A DNA stretch of 7,874 nucleotides from Candidatus Diapherotrites archaeon CG08_land_8_20_14_0_20_30_16 (GTDB taxonomy: Archaea > Iainarchaeota > Iainarchaeia > Iainarchaeales > 0-14-0-20-30-16), in contig PEXK01000020.1 of NCBI GenBank assembly GCA_002779075.1, positions 1 through 7,874 on the forward strand. The letters are read 5' to 3'. This document shows positions 6,352 to 7,874 of this stretch, in pieces (position 1 is the first letter of the stretch; every line of letters starts with the position of its first letter). Both the position numbers and the translations under genes were made by a program. The notes under the pieces are model-generated. The model did not search any database, had not been told where the DNA came from, and saw only the letters and a list, made by a program, of their open reading frames with translations.

Positions 6352-6924
6352 TCACTTCTTAGGCTCCCAATGCTCAAAGCAACGAGGTTCATATTTGTTT
6401 GAACCACCAACATCTACTTCATGGCCTGTTGCTTCTATTTTGAAAGTTTTTGTTGCAAACTTGCCACAAATTGGACAAATTGCAGTGAAGGTATTTATAT
6501 AATCTGCTTTTGCCAACAAAGTACCTACATCTGCTTTCTTGTCCATAAACGGAAATGGATGCCCTTCTGAAGTCTGATTCAAAACAGAAACATAAACATT
6601 AATACTCTCTTTTCTCAAATCGTCAATAACATTTAATACTTTGGAGTTAAAGAATTGTGCTTCATCAATAAAAACATTGTCTGGTTTCTCTAAGCCTACA
6701 ACTTCATTTAATTCTTCAATATTCAGTAAAACATAGCTTTTTCTTGTTCTATTATCATGTGTTGACACATCAGTATTTGAATATCTGTTATCCAACATTG
6801 GCTTTACTATAATTGATTTTTGATTTGCATATGTTGTTCTATCATAAAGTCTAATTAACTCAGATGTTTTTCCTGCGAACATAGGGCCTGATATAACCCA
6901 AAGCAAACCTTTTGAATAATGCAT
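6352..6924 (-). CDS. tdk: Thymidine kinase (TK1 / Tdk family)
   Basis: The P-loop is GPMFAGKTSELI and Walker B is VFIDEAQFF. The C-terminal zinc ligands are CPICG....RCFEH. The domain order matches Tdk. I prefer ATG 6924 (MHYSKGLLWVISGPMF) over the track's GTG 6936 because AGGTGGGTGA lies directly upstream. Confidence 0.92.
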   Translation of the reverse strand: MHYSKGLLWVISGPMFAGKTSELIRLYDRTTYANQKSIIVKPMLDNRYSNTDVSTHDNRTRKSYVLLNIEELNEVVGLEKPDNVFIDEAQFFNSKVLNVIDDLRKESINVYVSVLNQTSEGHPFPFMDKKADVGTLLAKADYINTFTAICPICGKFATKTFKIEATGHEVDVGGSNKYEPRCFEHWEPKK

Positions 6925-6928
6925 ATTT

Positions 6929-7498
6929 TCACCCACCTGTTAATTCATTAATATTTATATTGTGTTCTTTGAATAATTCTTCAAATAAAATTTCTGTTGC
7001 TTTTTTATTCTCAATACTCAGTTTTTTGGAGTAATCTAAAATATAATTAGATATTCTTCTTGCAATATCTAGCCTGCCTGTTTTTATATATGCTACAGTT
7101 GCTAAAATTGCACAATCCATATTAATATCTAAATTATGCTCATTAATCAATTTCAATAACCTAGTATATAACTCAATAACCCTCTCATATTTTGCAGATC
7201 TTAAAAAGAAATGAATTGTATTTTGATAAACAAATTCAAAACCTTCTTGTGGTTTAAAAGGATTTACTCTTTCAAGCTCTCCTAAAAGATATCCTTCTAA
7301 TATTTGTAATTGTTCTTTTGACAAATTTTCTGGGCAAATATCAAATCTTCTTGCTAGTTCTATTGCTAACTTTGTGTTTAATAGCTCTTCCCTTTGATCT
7401 CTGACCAACCTTAGTCCAGTGCTGGTGTTCCTTTCTGAGGTCTGTAATAAAACAAACCTATTTGCTGGTCTTTTTGACACCATATATTCAAATAACAT
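6929..7498 (-). CDS. Hypothetical protein, probably all-alpha and cytoplasmic, 189 aa. It is the first gene of the tdk operon.
   Basis: This is a clean ATG-started ORF, with a second ATG at codon 6. It has no TM segment and no motif I recognise. It contains amphipathic helix-like stretches (YERVIELYTRLLKLINEH, LDIARRISNYILDY). Its stop is embedded in the tdk ribosome-binding site, which implies co-transcription and coupling. Confidence 0.68.
   Translation of the reverse strand: MLFEYMVSKRPANRFVLLQTSERNTSTGLRLVRDQREELLNTKLAIELARRFDICPENLSKEQLQILEGYLLGELERVNPFKPQEGFEFVYQNTIHFFLRSAKYERVIELYTRLLKLINEHNLDINMDCAILATVAYIKTGRLDIARRISNYILDYSKKLSIENKKATEILFEELFKEHNININELTGG
6931..6940 (-). promoter_or_regulatory. 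Shine-Dalgarno-like AGGTGGGTGA overlapping the terminal Gly-Gly codons and stop of the upstream gene
   Basis: On the minus strand the sequence reads ACA GGT GGG TGA aaat ATG. GGTGA ends 6 nt before the tdk ATG at 6924. Confidence 0.55.
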
Positions 7499-7642
7499 AG
7501 AAAACTATTTAAAATCTCCAATATATTAGTTAATATTTAACAATTAATTAAGGACGGGGCATCAAAATGGCTTCTTTTTCAGAAGAGCTTTTGATGACTT
7601 CAAGTAAATATATTTTATAAAAGATATTTGGGAGATGAGAAA
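7499..7642. promoter_or_regulatory. Divergent intergenic control region containing an imperfect palindrome (7560-7596) and flanking TATA-like boxes
   Basis: TAATATAT-like sequence (7521-7530, minus strand) lies about 27 nt from the ATG at 7498. TTTTATAAAA (7613-7622) lies about 26 nt from the ATG at 7643. GGAG at 7631-7634 lies 8 nt from that ATG. Between the two boxes is CATCAAAA-tgg-CTTCT-ttttc-AGAAG-agc-TTTTGATG. Confidence 0.4.
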
Positions 7643-7874
7643 ATGCAGCACGAACATTGTGGATTTTGTGGATTTATGGGTTTAACTAAAATGCCTATTG
7701 AAGGCATGAAGAAATGCTCAAGATGTAATTGGGAAGGTTATCCTGAAAGTAGTAGCATGGAAGAGCTAAATAAATTAGCCAAAGGCTATAGACCAGGAAG
7801 CAAATGGGCACCACCAATAAAAGCATCAATACCTGAAGAGGATATAGAACCAGTACAAAAAACTGGAGACCCTA
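7643..7874 (+). CDS. Zinc-ribbon protein (CxxC-N17-CxxC) with a complete 5' end; the 3' end runs off the window
   Basis: This ORF is not in the track because it has no stop in the window. Manual translation gives 77 open codons: MQHEHCGFCGFMGLTKMPIEGMKKCSRCNWEGYPESSSMEELNKLAKGYRPGSKWAPPIKASIPEEDIEPVQKTGDP. Two CxxC knuckles are present. Confidence 0.6.
   Translation, partial: MQHEHCGFCGFMGLTKMPIEGMKKCSRCNWEGYPESSSMEELNKLAKGYRPGSKWAPPIKASIPEEDIEPVQKTGDP

Noticed and set aside
6348-6413. Long form of the methyltransferase ORF (start at 6413), overlapping tdk by 62 nt
   Set aside because: The extension (MLVVQTNMNLVALSIGSLRSEN) lies entirely within the tdk coding sequence. The internal ATG at 6347 has the same GTGAAAATATG junction as the tdk start.
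7567-7620. 17-aa small ORF (MASFSEELLMTSSKYIL) in the divergent intergenic region
   Set aside because: It overlaps the palindrome and the TATA-like box of the downstream gene, has no convincing ribosome-binding site, and is too short to judge from sequence alone. The palindrome is the more economical explanation for the sequence pattern.
7499-7642. tRNA or C/D-box sRNA in the 144-nt spacer
   Set aside because: There is no cloverleaf-compatible GC-rich stem set or T-loop consensus. A TGATGA (7592-7597) resembles a C box, but no CTGA D box follows on that strand and the opposite strand has the boxes in the wrong order.

Overview
This is an AT-rich window (roughly 30% GC by eye) that is almost entirely coding. 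I infer an archaeal origin, possibly a reduced-genome DPANN-like lineage. The reasons are a full-length proteasome-activating nucleotidase (coiled coil, OB fold, AAA+ domain, C-terminal HbYX tail), TATA-like boxes about 25 nt upstream of several start codons, and GGTGA-type ribosome-binding sites at coupled gene junctions.

Gene content:
- Minus-strand cluster, 1-2974: a membrane-anchored SLT/GH23 lytic-transglycosylase-domain protein, a signal-anchored Cys-rich orphan, and a repeat-containing protein that runs off the left edge.
- Plus-strand run, 3046-5723: PAN, a small anchored Cys-rich protein, a single-cluster ferredoxin and a cofactor-dependent phosphoglycerate mutase.
- Minus-strand operon, 7498-5724: a helical orphan, thymidine kinase and a class I SAM methyltransferase.
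- A zinc-ribbon protein that runs off the right edge.

I found no RNA genes, CRISPR arrays or mobile elements.

The most notable observation is an externally displayed murein-type lytic transglycosylase in an apparent archaeon. It seems to carry a second, catalytically dead SLT-like copy and sits next to a surface orphan, which would fit a module acting on bacterial cell walls. Other observations are a 123-bp in-frame tandem duplication, start sites reusing a GTGA that contains the upstream stop codon, and an imperfect palindrome in a divergent promoter. All functional calls rest on motifs read by eye. No database search was run.
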